The notes beneath the pieces were generated by a model. It ran no database searches, was not told the DNA's origin, and saw nothing but the letters and a program-made list of their open reading frames with translations. From Cercozoa sp. M6MM (taxonomy: Eukaryota > Protista > Endomyxa: Ascetosporea): a DNA stretch of 64,000 nt. Within the stretch, counting starts at the first letter, position 1. Each line of letters begins with the position of its first letter. A program made the position numbers and the translations under genes. The stretch lies in NCBI GenBank assembly GCA_040357565.1, contig JBDODJ010000039.1; one strand, 5' to 3'. Below are positions 53,301-64,000 of this stretch, one piece after another.

Positions 53301-56300
53301 CAAGGCCGGCATCTGGCGTCGCGTGTGTGCCGGTGCCTGCGAGTTCAAGTGCATCCTCGAAGGTGTCGAAGTGTCCGAACAGGAGTGCAACCCGATGTTC
53401 AAGCCGCCGATGAACATGACTGGTATGTCCCTGTCATGTCCTTCCCCTTCCCCTCCCCCTTCCCCTTCCCCTTCCCTCTGCCCTACCTTTACTCTGTTGT
53501 ACCCTGCTACCTTTAGGCGGTGACAACAACGGCACCATGCCTGACATGGAGTTCCCGAGCTGCGGCAACGCGACGCTGAACTCGTCGCTGATCGAGGCGA
53601 AGCACGAGGCCTTCGAGTCGCTGGCGCCGACTTGTGTCTCGGGCAACGACAGCGACATTGTGCAGTGCGCCGAGAGTGCCATCTCCTCTGGTGTCGGCGG
53701 TGTCTGCGAGTGCCGCGAGTCGGCCTTACAGTCCTGGGATACCGGTGTCAGTGGTACTTTACCTGTACCCCTGTCTGCCCCTAGCGCCTGTGTATATGTC
53801 CTTTGGCACCTTAGGATTCGAGCTGTTCTGCCTGGAACTGGAGGCGCGCCGTGTGGACCCTCTAACGGGCGACACAGTCACGTCGCTGTTTGAACTGATC
53901 GAAGTGGTCAACGCGTCGCGCTGCGGCAGCGAAAACGGCTACGGCCTGTTGGACAAGTTCGCGCGCGACGTGGTCAAGTACTACGAGCACGAGCTGCTGT
54001 CGCCGTGGGGCTGGCTCGCCACCAAGTGGACACGTGTCGAGTGCGACTCGGGTCTCCCGGTCGTGGACGTGCAGTGGCGCACCAACTGCTCCGTCAATGC
54101 CACCGGCGCTCCGCCCTGCGACTGCTTCACTGAGCAGCGCGAGTGTGCCACGCATTGCGTCTCGCGAACCGACGGCTCCATGCGCTCGCGCTCCGAGTGT
54201 GCCTTGCTGTTGGTACCACCTACCCTACCCTTACCCTCTCTACCCCTACCCTTACCCTCTCTACCCCTACCCTTACCCCTCTACCGTAGGGCGAGCCGGA
54301 CTACACGAGCGTGCCGTGTGGTGACTCGTGTGCGCCGGCCGAGTGGCGTCCGGAGTCGGGTGACTCGTGCTTCTGCAACTGCGGTGCCCCGGGCTCGCCC
54401 AAGCAGGTGTGTCCGCTGTCATGCTGGCGCGGCAGTGATCGCGTGCCGGTGGAACTGTGCGCCAACGCGACGCAGCCATCGCCGTCGTCGGCGCCGAACT
54501 GCACGGTGTCGCAGCAGGAGGAAGAGTGCTACGGCGGCGTGTGGCACGTGCAGTGCGACGGCTGCCAGTGCTCGAGTGGCGGTGCCAATGGCACGCGTGC
54601 CTGCGAGGCCTTGTGCATGGACTCGCTCTTTGGTTCTTACTACCCCACCGACGAGAGTTTCTGCAACCCGGCCACCAAGCCTACCGTGTCCGACATGCCG
54701 TGTCCATGCGCCTACTTCTGGGTGCCCAACTACGCCTCGTGTCAGTCCTGCGACTGTCCCTCCGAGACGCAGACCTGTCCCGGCGTCTGCATCGATCCCA
54801 CCGGTGCTCAGGTCAACACCTCCACCTGCACTCTGGCCGGTGAGGACACCACACCCTTCGTGCGGCAGGTACACATGTCTTTTGGTGTAGACCTGCATTT
54901 GTTTTTACCTACGTGTTTCTTTAGTGCGTCCGCGCGGACCTGGAGGAATGCAACGGCCGCAGCTTCGAGTGGCGTGCCATGGACTGCGCCTGCACGTGCG
55001 ACGGTTCCGACGCCGGTTCCAGCACGGCTGAGTGCGACTACCACTGCGTCGATCAGGCCGACGGACACGTCGTGTTCGACGCGCTGTGCCAGGACCCGCG
55101 ACCGACGGCCTCGGTCGCGTGCGACGGTGCCAACTACGATCGCGACTGCGGCGTGAGTTTCCCGGGCACGTGGCACACCGTGCAGGACGCGTGCGACTGC
55201 GCGCTGCAGCTGCGACTGACGCGACCCGTGTGTCGCAATGCCACGCAGCACACCGTGCCTGAGACGGCCTGCAACCCGCACATGCGACCGCCCTTCCAGA
55301 TCAACAAGTGTACCGAGTGCGACGTCGAGTGGCGCACGTGGTATACCCCCCTCTTGACCCCCTCTGTACCCCTGGCTTTCTTCCCTTATATGTACCACCT
55401 TTTTCAGGGGTCTGTCTTGCGACTGCTCCACCGAGAAGGGCACACGCAATGTCGGTTGTTTCAACACCACGAGGTAGTCTTACTCCTACCTTTTTGTTTC
55501 ACTATTACCTTATCCCCCCCCCCCCCGACAGTGGTGCCTCGGTGGACGACTCGTTGTGTCCGATCAAATCGAAGCCGTTCGACGAAGTGCGCTGCGGCGA
55601 AGGCTGCGGTTCCTGGACCACTGACGATTGGTTCTGCCTGTGTGGCAACCTGGGACAGGTAGCTCCTATCTCTTCCTCCCGTTGCCCCCCTTGTACCCCG
55701 ATGACGGTAGGTTCGCAATGTGTACTGTGAGAACTCGGCAACGGGACTGCCGCTGCCGGATGGAGCGTGCAGTGGTACACCTCTCCTCTGTGTAGCCCCT
55801 CTGTGTGTAGCCTCCTCTCTTGTCTGTTACTCTGTTACCCTTGTCCCTCAGGAAGCAAACCGGCAGTGTGGGAAGCCACGTGCGACGACACGAGCGACTG
55901 CTCGGGTGGCAGTGCCTCGGGTGCCTGGGCACTCGAGTGGTCGGCGTGCCTGCGCAATGCCAACGGATCCGGCTGCACGCGCACCTCGTCGTCGCAGTGC
56001 TACGACACGTCGACGGCGCTGCAGGTGGCCGACGATGCCTGCGACTCCGACGAGAAGCCGCCGGCCGAGACTCAGGTTCCTTGTCCCCCCCCCCCCCCCC
56101 ATATACCCTCTGTTCCCATATACCCTCTGTTTCCCAGGTGTGTCAATGCGACCCGGTGGGTGTCTACGAGGCAGGCGACTGGACGTGCGACTGTGCCTCT
56201 GGGTACGCCACGCGTCCTGTGACCTGCAGCAACGTCGACTCGGAGGATCAGATCTGGGGCAGCTACCTGCCCTCCAAGTTCTGCACCGGCGAGCGACCCG

Positions 56301-58593
56301 TGGCACGTGCCACCTGTGTCGAAATCGACTCGCAGAACCGACAGTACAATGAGATCTGCCCGTCTGCCACCGACGATGTGCAGGAGACCTACGGTATATC
56401 TACCTGCCCCGTCCTTACCCTGTTCCTACCCTGTCCTCTATGACCCCTACCCTCTTATGAACCTGCAGTGTGGAGCACATCGGCCTGGTCTTGCAACTGT
56501 GCGAACTACAAGGCGCGTCGCAAGGTACACTGCCGCGACTCTGCTGGCGAGATCACTGAGGTAGCTTTCATCTTTACCCCCCCCCCCCGCCCCCCTGTTA
56601 CTCTCCTATCTTATCCCCCTGTTCCCCTTAGTTCGGCAACTGCGACTCGATGTCGAAACCCTCGCACCTGGGTCGCTGCGACGAAGTGTTCGACTCGGAC
56701 CCGTGCGCCGTGACCTTCTCGTCGGAGCAGGCTCGTCGTGCCGCCGAGGCTCTCACTGTGGAGCCTGCCGCCTGGGTCGGTCTGGACTTTGGCCAGTGCC
56801 AGAAGGAGGCCTCCTCCGGCGACTGCGTGCGCACGCGCAAGATCCTCTGCATGCGCGGTGCTGAGGTAGTCCCTACCTATAGACCTACCCTACCTAGCTG
56901 ATGCCTTTACCCCTCCCCTCCCCTGCTTTGTGCAGATCGTCAACAAGAAGTACTGCGATGCTGCCGAGAAACCGCGCGAGAAGGACAAATGTGTGGCTGC
57001 CAAGTGTGCTGACCAGGTACCAGGCAACGCCTTCTGGCTGCTGGACGACTGGCAGGCCTGCGGCTACTTTGACGGCGGCTCGAGCGACCTGTGTCTCAAG
57101 ACGCGCGAGGTGACCTGCATCGTGACGAGTCAATCCGGCTCGCGCAGCAAGGTGACGCACAAGGAGTGCGTGGCACGCATGCGCGGCAAGGCCGTCAGTG
57201 CCGTCACCTTCGACGACCTGCGCCAGGTGGTGCCCAAGCGCATCAAGCAGTGCACGTGTCCCGAACAGGACCCCAACAACGACATCGTGTACGACTGGAA
57301 GAGCGAGCCGTGGACACCGTGCCGCTGGCTCGACGACACCACGTGCTCGCGTGCGCGCAGCGTCTCCTGCCAGTTCGTCAGCAACGGCACCGTCGTCGAC
57401 GACTCCAACTGTCTGGCCGCCAACAAGCCTACCACCTCGGAGGCCTGCGACATCGACACGGCCTGTCCCGCCAAGCCTACCTCGCTCAGCTGGCAGGTAG
57501 GCTTGTCTACATATACACCTATAGTAGTTATAAACCTATATATACACCTATACAACTCCCAGGTGACGCCGTGGCGCGCCTGTCTCGAGACTGACACGCC
57601 CGGCGTGTGTCAGCGCAAGCGTGGCGTTGTATGCACGGTACCTGCCTGTCCTTGTCTTCTTCTAGTAGCCCCTACCCCTTACCTCTTACCGCTACCTCCG
57701 TGCACCTCCAGATCGACAACGTCGCCGGTTCCCCGGACGTGTGTCTGGCACGTGCGAGCGAGGCGGGTCCGATGCCAGCCACCACAGAGTCGTGCACGTG
57801 TCCGTCGACGCAGGAACAGCAGCAGCAGCAGCAGGCGCTGGATCAGCTGGAGCAGCAGCTGAGCGGCGTCACCGTGGTCATCGTGGCCTCGTCCGACGGC
57901 AACAGCGGCAACGCCGACAACAGCACCACGGTCAACTCGCTCAACGTGTCCACCAGCACGGACGGCGACGTGTCGGTCGCCCTGTCGCTCAGCGTCGACC
58001 CGACCTCGCTGCCGGCCGATCTGAACGAGGCGCAGTTCGCGCTGCAGCAGAAACTCGACGAGATCCGCCACTCGCTCTGGCTCGCGCTCAACGACTCCTC
58101 CGTCAACGAGTCCAGCATCCAGATCACCGAGGTCTACTACCAGGTAGCTTGCTCTACTATCACACCAATACATGTCCACAAATACGTAGAGATGTATATT
58201 TATAATATATACAACAAAGGACCCGTTCGGCGTGCGCTCGCGTCTGCTGGACGACTCGGGCGTCGGCATGGACGTGCAGATGGCCGTGGTGCCCGACTTT
58301 GCGGCCGCCAACGACACCACCACGGCGCCGCCTGGCACCACTACGCCGGTTTCCACGACGACGGCACCGTCCAACTCCACGTCGCCACCGTCTACGACGT
58401 CAGCGCCTGTCACGCAGGGTCCCACGCAGACCACTCCACCCGACGACGATGATGATGATGACTCCGTTGCTGGCTTCCAGGTTCGCTCCTTTTCCCTGAC
58501 CAGTGTACACCTGACATAAATTTACTTATCTCTTGACTCTAGATCGCAACGGCTGTCGTGTCGGCTCTACTGCTCACCGTGTGGCAACTTTAA
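50385..58593 (+). CDS. Giant cell-surface protein: signal peptide, 3 FN3, 3 unrecognised Cys-rich repeats, ~14 TSP1-like repeats, S/T stalk, GPI-like tail
   Basis: >20 GT-AG introns splice to a continuous frame; FN3 motifs (W..P..DGG....Y, VRAVNSLG); ADAMTS-type W...W..C..C...R.V.C units; C-terminal IATAVVSALLLTVWQL*. Confidence 0.85.
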
Positions 58594-59432
58594 GCTGCCA
58601 CACATTCTGAATTCGTTCACTGCGACCACGTGTCTCCTGTCGTCTTCCATCGAACTTTGAACTTGAACTATCACGGAAACGTCCGTCGTCTATCACCACC
58701 ACACCGTGACGGACCTAGGTCGCAATGGTGCACAGCTGGCTGGCGCCTTTACTACTTTTACTATAGTTATGATGACATGATACCGCAACCGAACCCTCTC
58801 AGGGATCAGCGCTGGCCGCAGTTAATTTACAGTACAGTAATTTGCCAGTGTACAAAAAAGTAATAAACGTAAGACAATTCTGCCTGCTTGTCGTATGTAT
58901 ACTGTGCTGCAGGCCGAAGCAGCTATTCAGGCAGTCTCTTGCGCGGCGCGAATTTAATTCGAGTAGAAGACGTTCCCATATTGGCTCCAGCGTTGGAGGC
59001 AATTTTGGGGTGCAACGAAAATTGAATGTTGGTTAGAAAGTACTGTACCTTGTTCCCCAGTTTCGGCCTAGCGTTACTGTGGCTAGCTGGATTGCCTGTT
59101 CTACCATGCGCGTACTGCCAGACAGGCAGATGCAGCCAGGTCAAATTCTGTCAACGCAAGCAAGCGACGACAGTACACACAGCCAAGTACTAGCGCGCCA
59201 GGACAGTACGGTAGAAGTAGGGGGGGGGGGGGGGTGGTGTATAAATACACCAGGTCGGTACTACAAGGCGGAACAGTCAAAATGCCGGCCAGTTTCCCGC
59301 AAGGTGTCAACACCGGTGAGAAGACACGAACAAGAAAAAGTCGCGTCTTCTCTCTCGCTTGAATTTTTCTTTCGTTTTCCGTTCTTTTTCGTCTGTGCTG
59401 CGACTGTGGTTGGAGCCGGAGCCGGAGCCGGA

Positions 59433-60000
59433 TCAGTACTTGCGCGTAGGGAACCGGTGCGGCTGCGTGAGTTCGAGCCAGCCGGCCAACGCCAGCCACA
59501 GGGTGATCTCGTCCAGGCACAGCACCAGCCGCACGCTGCTCCGCACGGCGTGTGCCAGAGAGTGCTTGAAGTCGCGCTGCTCCTGCACGTGTCGGCGGTA
59601 CGCGCGTGCGCGAATGCGCGCCTCCTGGGCACGCAAGGCGGCCCACGCGGGCATCGTCTGCCTCCTGCGTCGCTCGGACGCGGCTCTCATCGACGCCGAC
59701 GCTCTCGCGCTCGTCGACGCTTCTTGCTGCGCGCAGCAGCTTCTGCAGTGCACGCTTGGCGCGTCGCGCGAAACGTCCCTGTTGGATGCCACAGCAGAAA
59801 TCATCGGCCACGCAACAGAGAAACAAGGCCCCAACAAAACATGAAGAAAAAGAAAAACACAAAACACAAAACACCAAAAACGCAAAACACAAAACACACA
59901 ACACACAGGCAATGGAAGCCCAAACTCGGGCATACACGGCATCTGGACACCCTAACTGACCGGCTGAGTGGGTCAGCGCCTGTACAAAAATCGTACCATG
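59433..60000 (-). CDS. Hypothetical protein (structure unresolved)
   Basis: GC-rich exon-like block 59433-59810 ending ...LVLCLDEITLW...RKY*, flanked by an intron-like T-rich tract. Confidence 0.3.
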
Positions 60001-60822
60001 TCGCGAAACGCCAAAAGCTCTTGAGTGCTCTCGGGGCACTTCAGTCGTTCTTTCACACTTGTTTGACCAGTCAGTCGGTGAGTCAGTAAGTCAATGCAAT
60101 GTGTTGGGTCAAGACAGTCAGTGTTTCAATATTCGTTCCGAGCGCTCATATGGCTACACAAGAACTAGAGCACACCGAGGCATTTCGGCATGTGTCGGCG
60201 TGGTACCGAATCAACGCGAACACAACCACGATGCAGCAGCGCGCGAAGATGCACCGCTTCCCGACTCGAATCAAGCCCAGAGCAATGAAAGTGAGCCATT
60301 TAGATCTGGACCGGGTGCAGTCGGGCCACGAAAGTACTCAAAGCTCGCGGGACACCTTCATGCGCGCGCTCGACTTGCAGAAAAATCGTGTTTTGCGAAC
60401 AAAAAAATCTGTCGTGTCGCGTGGCGTGTCACAACACAGGACCCACGCACTGACTAGCAGCACTGCTTCCGCAGATCTGCAATCTAGAGAACAATTCACA
60501 CCTTCTGTGCCTGGCCAGACATCTAATCTGGCCTGCCCGGAACTTCAAATTCGCATTTACTGTACACTGCGGTTTTCTCGACAGCAGGCATGTGCCGACA
60601 CATTCTAACCATTGCTGCTCGGTTTGATAGTCGCGTTAAAGCAGCAGAGGATCCATCGATCGAAGCGCCGCTTTGCGTTTAGCCAATGAATGCCGTGAAA
60701 ACAGCAGTGAGTTTGATACTACACGTGCGAGCGGCCGTGCGACCAGCCGCAGGAAATGTGCGCGGACTTAAGTAACGTAATCCAATCCCAGTGACAGCCC
60801 CGCTCGGCTCGGCTCAGATCAG

Positions 60823-63800
60823 TCACAGGTCAACGTCGGAGAGGTGCAGCGCCGAGTCCACGTCGACATCGGACGCGAGGTCCAGAGTGTCGTCCAGCGG
60901 CGTCTGCTGCAGTTCGTCCCGGTCCGCGTGGCTGCAACTGTGCGAGTCACGGTGTCGTCTGCTCTCCTGGTCCGACTGCACGGTGTCATCGGCGTGGCTG
61001 CCCGTGACCTGCGCGAACAGCGACGGCGTCGGCGGCGCATCTGTCGCACCCGCACTGTCCGCGTGGATTTCCCCTGTAGTGATATCATACACATATGATA
61101 TACCAGGGGGGGGGGGGGGGGGGAAAGGGGTACTCTCACTACGCGAAGTGCGCGACGTGCTCATCGAGTAGCGCGGTCGGTCCGCTTCCTCCTGTACAAA
61201 GTAGTACCTTGGTACAATCAAACAGGGTGCAGTAACACACACCTGTTCGGGAAGTAAGTCGAACTGCCGCAAGTCAGGTAGACGTTCTGAAAGTCGCTGC
61301 AGCTCTTTCGACAGGAACTCTGGCACCTACCAACCACATTTCGTACACACACCTTTATTTGATATATATATATATATATACCATTTTATAAATACAGGTA
61401 CCTGTCTAGCCTCCGGCGACAGCAAGCGCAGTCTCGCAGAGTCACTCCACAGCGACTGCAAGAACACTGAGGTACAAGACTGTCAGTGGGGGGGGGGGGG
61501 TAACTGTGTACCAGCTCGCGTGCCACGCCGATGCGTCGCCAGGCGCGCGTACAGCGCTGAGTCGCCTCCTGCGTTCCTTCGGCCCACCTGTGACAAGGTC
61601 AACATAGTAGTAATAAAGGAAGCACTCAGACACCAAAGAAAGCAACTCGATACCGACGTAGTTCGAGACACAGGTTGCCAAGGACCGAGCGTTGTACACG
61701 CACGCGTTGCTGTTTCAACATTTTGATGTATGTGTAACTACTTACAGTTGCCCCCTACCAGGGCAACGATCTACCTGTTCGAGTCGTCGCAGTTCGTCCA
61801 ACAACTGACGCTGTCGTTCCTCCTTCTTCTCCTGCACACACAAAGTAGACAGTTTTCGCTGTACACACGGGGGGGGGGGGTAATTGGGCCCAATTACCGT
61901 GGCAGTGTCGAGAGCAATCGCCGCGTTTTCTGCATTGTTTTGCGCTGTCGCCACTGCCGTGATTCCTGCCAGCAATGAGGACATATCATCAACATCTGTA
62001 TATATACATATACATATATATATATATATACATTCAGATATATTATATATATAAAGAACCTTTGTCGACGGCAGTCGAGGCACTTTTCACCTTGGAGTTC
62101 GCCTTGGCACGCGCCAGCAGCGACGTGCTCGTGCGGTTGCTGTGCGCCTGTCAAAGAAAGGCATGACAGGAGGGCAGGGGAAGACAGGGGAAGACTAGGG
62201 AAGCACACCTCACGTGCCTCCAGCAGTCGATGTCGGTTTGCGCGCAATGTCGTTTCTGCCTTCGACTGGGTCTGCAAGACGGTGTGCAAGATGCTATTTC
62301 TTTTGTATTTCTACTTTGCAAACAACAATGTACCAGCTTGGCGCGTTGGAACTTGTCGTAGGCGTTGTTGTACAGTGTGCTGCCCAGTCCAAGGAAGAAT
62401 ACAACAAACCAAGTTCAGTGAGTCAGTTAATTTAAAGGTATGACGCACAGGTTCTGCTGCTGCATTCTCTTGATTCGTTTCACTTCGGCTCGCTGCAAAA
62501 CACGACACAACTCAGAAAGAAAGCAAAACGAGCAAAAAGAAAAAAGCAGCGTACTAAATCATCGAGACAGGTACTCGCAGGCGGTGCCACATGCTCCGCC
62601 AGTTGTGATGCGCATGTCTGCATTGCGACACGCCAAGTAAACATACCACCAGACTAAACTGCAAACCCAAGAAACGGCACCTGCACGAGCATGAACTGAG
62701 CAGCGTGCAATTCTCCCAGTGCGTGCATGGCGCCTAAAAACAGCGCTCACTCCCTCAAACAAGCGTAACACTGAGAAATATCAGTACTTGCAAGTCGCTG
62801 TGTTTGCAGCGGCAGGTTTCGCAGGTTGTTCTGTTCAAAACAAAAGCACAACAGTCTCAAATAAATACGATCGAAAACGTCTCAACAAAGCAAAGCTACA
62901 CTCACCTTGAACTGAGCATGATCCTGCTGGCGCTGTGACTCTGGTAGCAGCGCATTCACAAAATCGAGGCCACCCCGCGCGTTCTCTGAGTAAGCATCCC
63001 CACACACACACCGATCAACTGGCGAAACAAACAACTGAATCGCGGCTGGTCGGCAAAAACAACCTTGTCGGCGTGATCGCGGGCCCGGCTGCTCATCGAC
63101 GCAGTCATCATCGTCCTCACAGCGCAAGACATCGTAAAAGTCGTTGCCTGCGTGGAGCGAAAAAGGGAAGCTTATTTTGCAAACCGTGAATGCCGGTTTT
63201 CAGAGACAAAAAAGGAAAACTGAAAACCAAAAATAAAGCACCGAGAATCTTTTCTGCCTCACTGACGGAGCTAGAGTCGCTCACGCCTGCGAGCACACTC
63301 AAATTTGCACTGCAAGCACTGCTGGCCAGTGAGACTGCAGAAAGAACTCACTGAGGTCAGGCAGCAAAAGCTGCGACTTGGCTCGCAGTCTCTGCTCGAT
63401 ATCGAGCGCCTTGTGGACCGACTGCAGCAGTGTCAGCACAGCATTGGTGCGCACTATGCCCCTTTCCAGCGTGGCCACGGCAGCCTCAAACACTGTTCAA
63501 AGGGATCCGCGCGGATCAGGCAGGATACAAGAAAAAAAGTCCGAGAATAAATAAAAATACCCAAGTCGGGGTCGTCAGAGGACACATCGAAATCTCCGAA
63601 ATCTGCGACATGCCGCGTCTGTCGGAACAACGACTGTTCCGCCACCGACAGCGTTCGCGCGTGCTCTGTCGTTGGGGGAGGGGGGGAGGTAGGGGTAAAG
63701 GGGGGTAAAGGGGAGGTTGTACCCGAGCAAGTGGCAACCGAGGCGAAGCAGAAGCGCTGCCAATTTTGAGCGACGCGCGCACACCGCCGCTGCAGGATCT

Positions 63801-63935
63801 GCGTGCACCTCCGGGAGGTCAGGGATGAGATAAAAAAGGGGGGAAAGAGAGGGGGTAAACCTCCGCACACGCCGCACGCGCAAACACGTGCACTTTGGCG
63901 TTCTCCTTGTGCTCCCGGACCGCGCGGACGATCTG
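60823..63935 (-). CDS. FCH/F-BAR-like coiled-coil protein (5' end beyond the window)
   Basis: AVATLERGIVRTNAVLTLLQSVHKALDIEQRL (FCH-like), ALGELHAAQF..LAEHVAPP, YNNAYDKFQRAKL, LLDELRRLEQ..RV; acidic tail ends TGA at 60823. Confidence 0.55.
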
Positions 63936-64000
63936 CCAATAGTCAGACAAATACAAAAAAGAAAAAACAAAAAAAAAACAAAAAAGCTACGGCATGCTCG

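Overview
Eukaryotic (protist-like) genomic scaffold with four 100-N gaps. The actin sequence suggests SAR/Rhizaria, with low certainty. It is gene-dense and very intron-rich (mostly ~55-105 nt GT-AG introns) and uses the standard code: TAA, TAG and TGA all end genes. Manual splicing gives about 22 genes. From left to right: a cNMP-binding protein (partial), a bacterial-type AzoR with introns, the NIPBL/Scc2 C-terminus, a Yvh1-type Zn-domain protein with no phosphatase motif, two tandem WW-like membrane paralogs, an unknown multipass membrane protein, a FAM166-like protein, CAF1, XPC/Rad4, PHYHD1, a Dispatched-like RND protein, ELP5-like, cyclin L, OSCA/TMEM63 (partial), TmcB-like, actin, PRP38B, YEATS4, a giant FN3/novel-repeat/TSP1/GPI surface protein and an F-BAR protein. 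Mobile DNA includes a 917-bp Mutator-like TIR element (perfect 9-bp TSD, two copies) that appears to carry a small spliced NLS-bearing gene. There is also a dispersed repeat family resembling LINE 3' ends, and the TIR element has inserted into one copy of it. Gene models were spliced by eye and family calls come from motif recognition, not database searches, so termini may be approximate.
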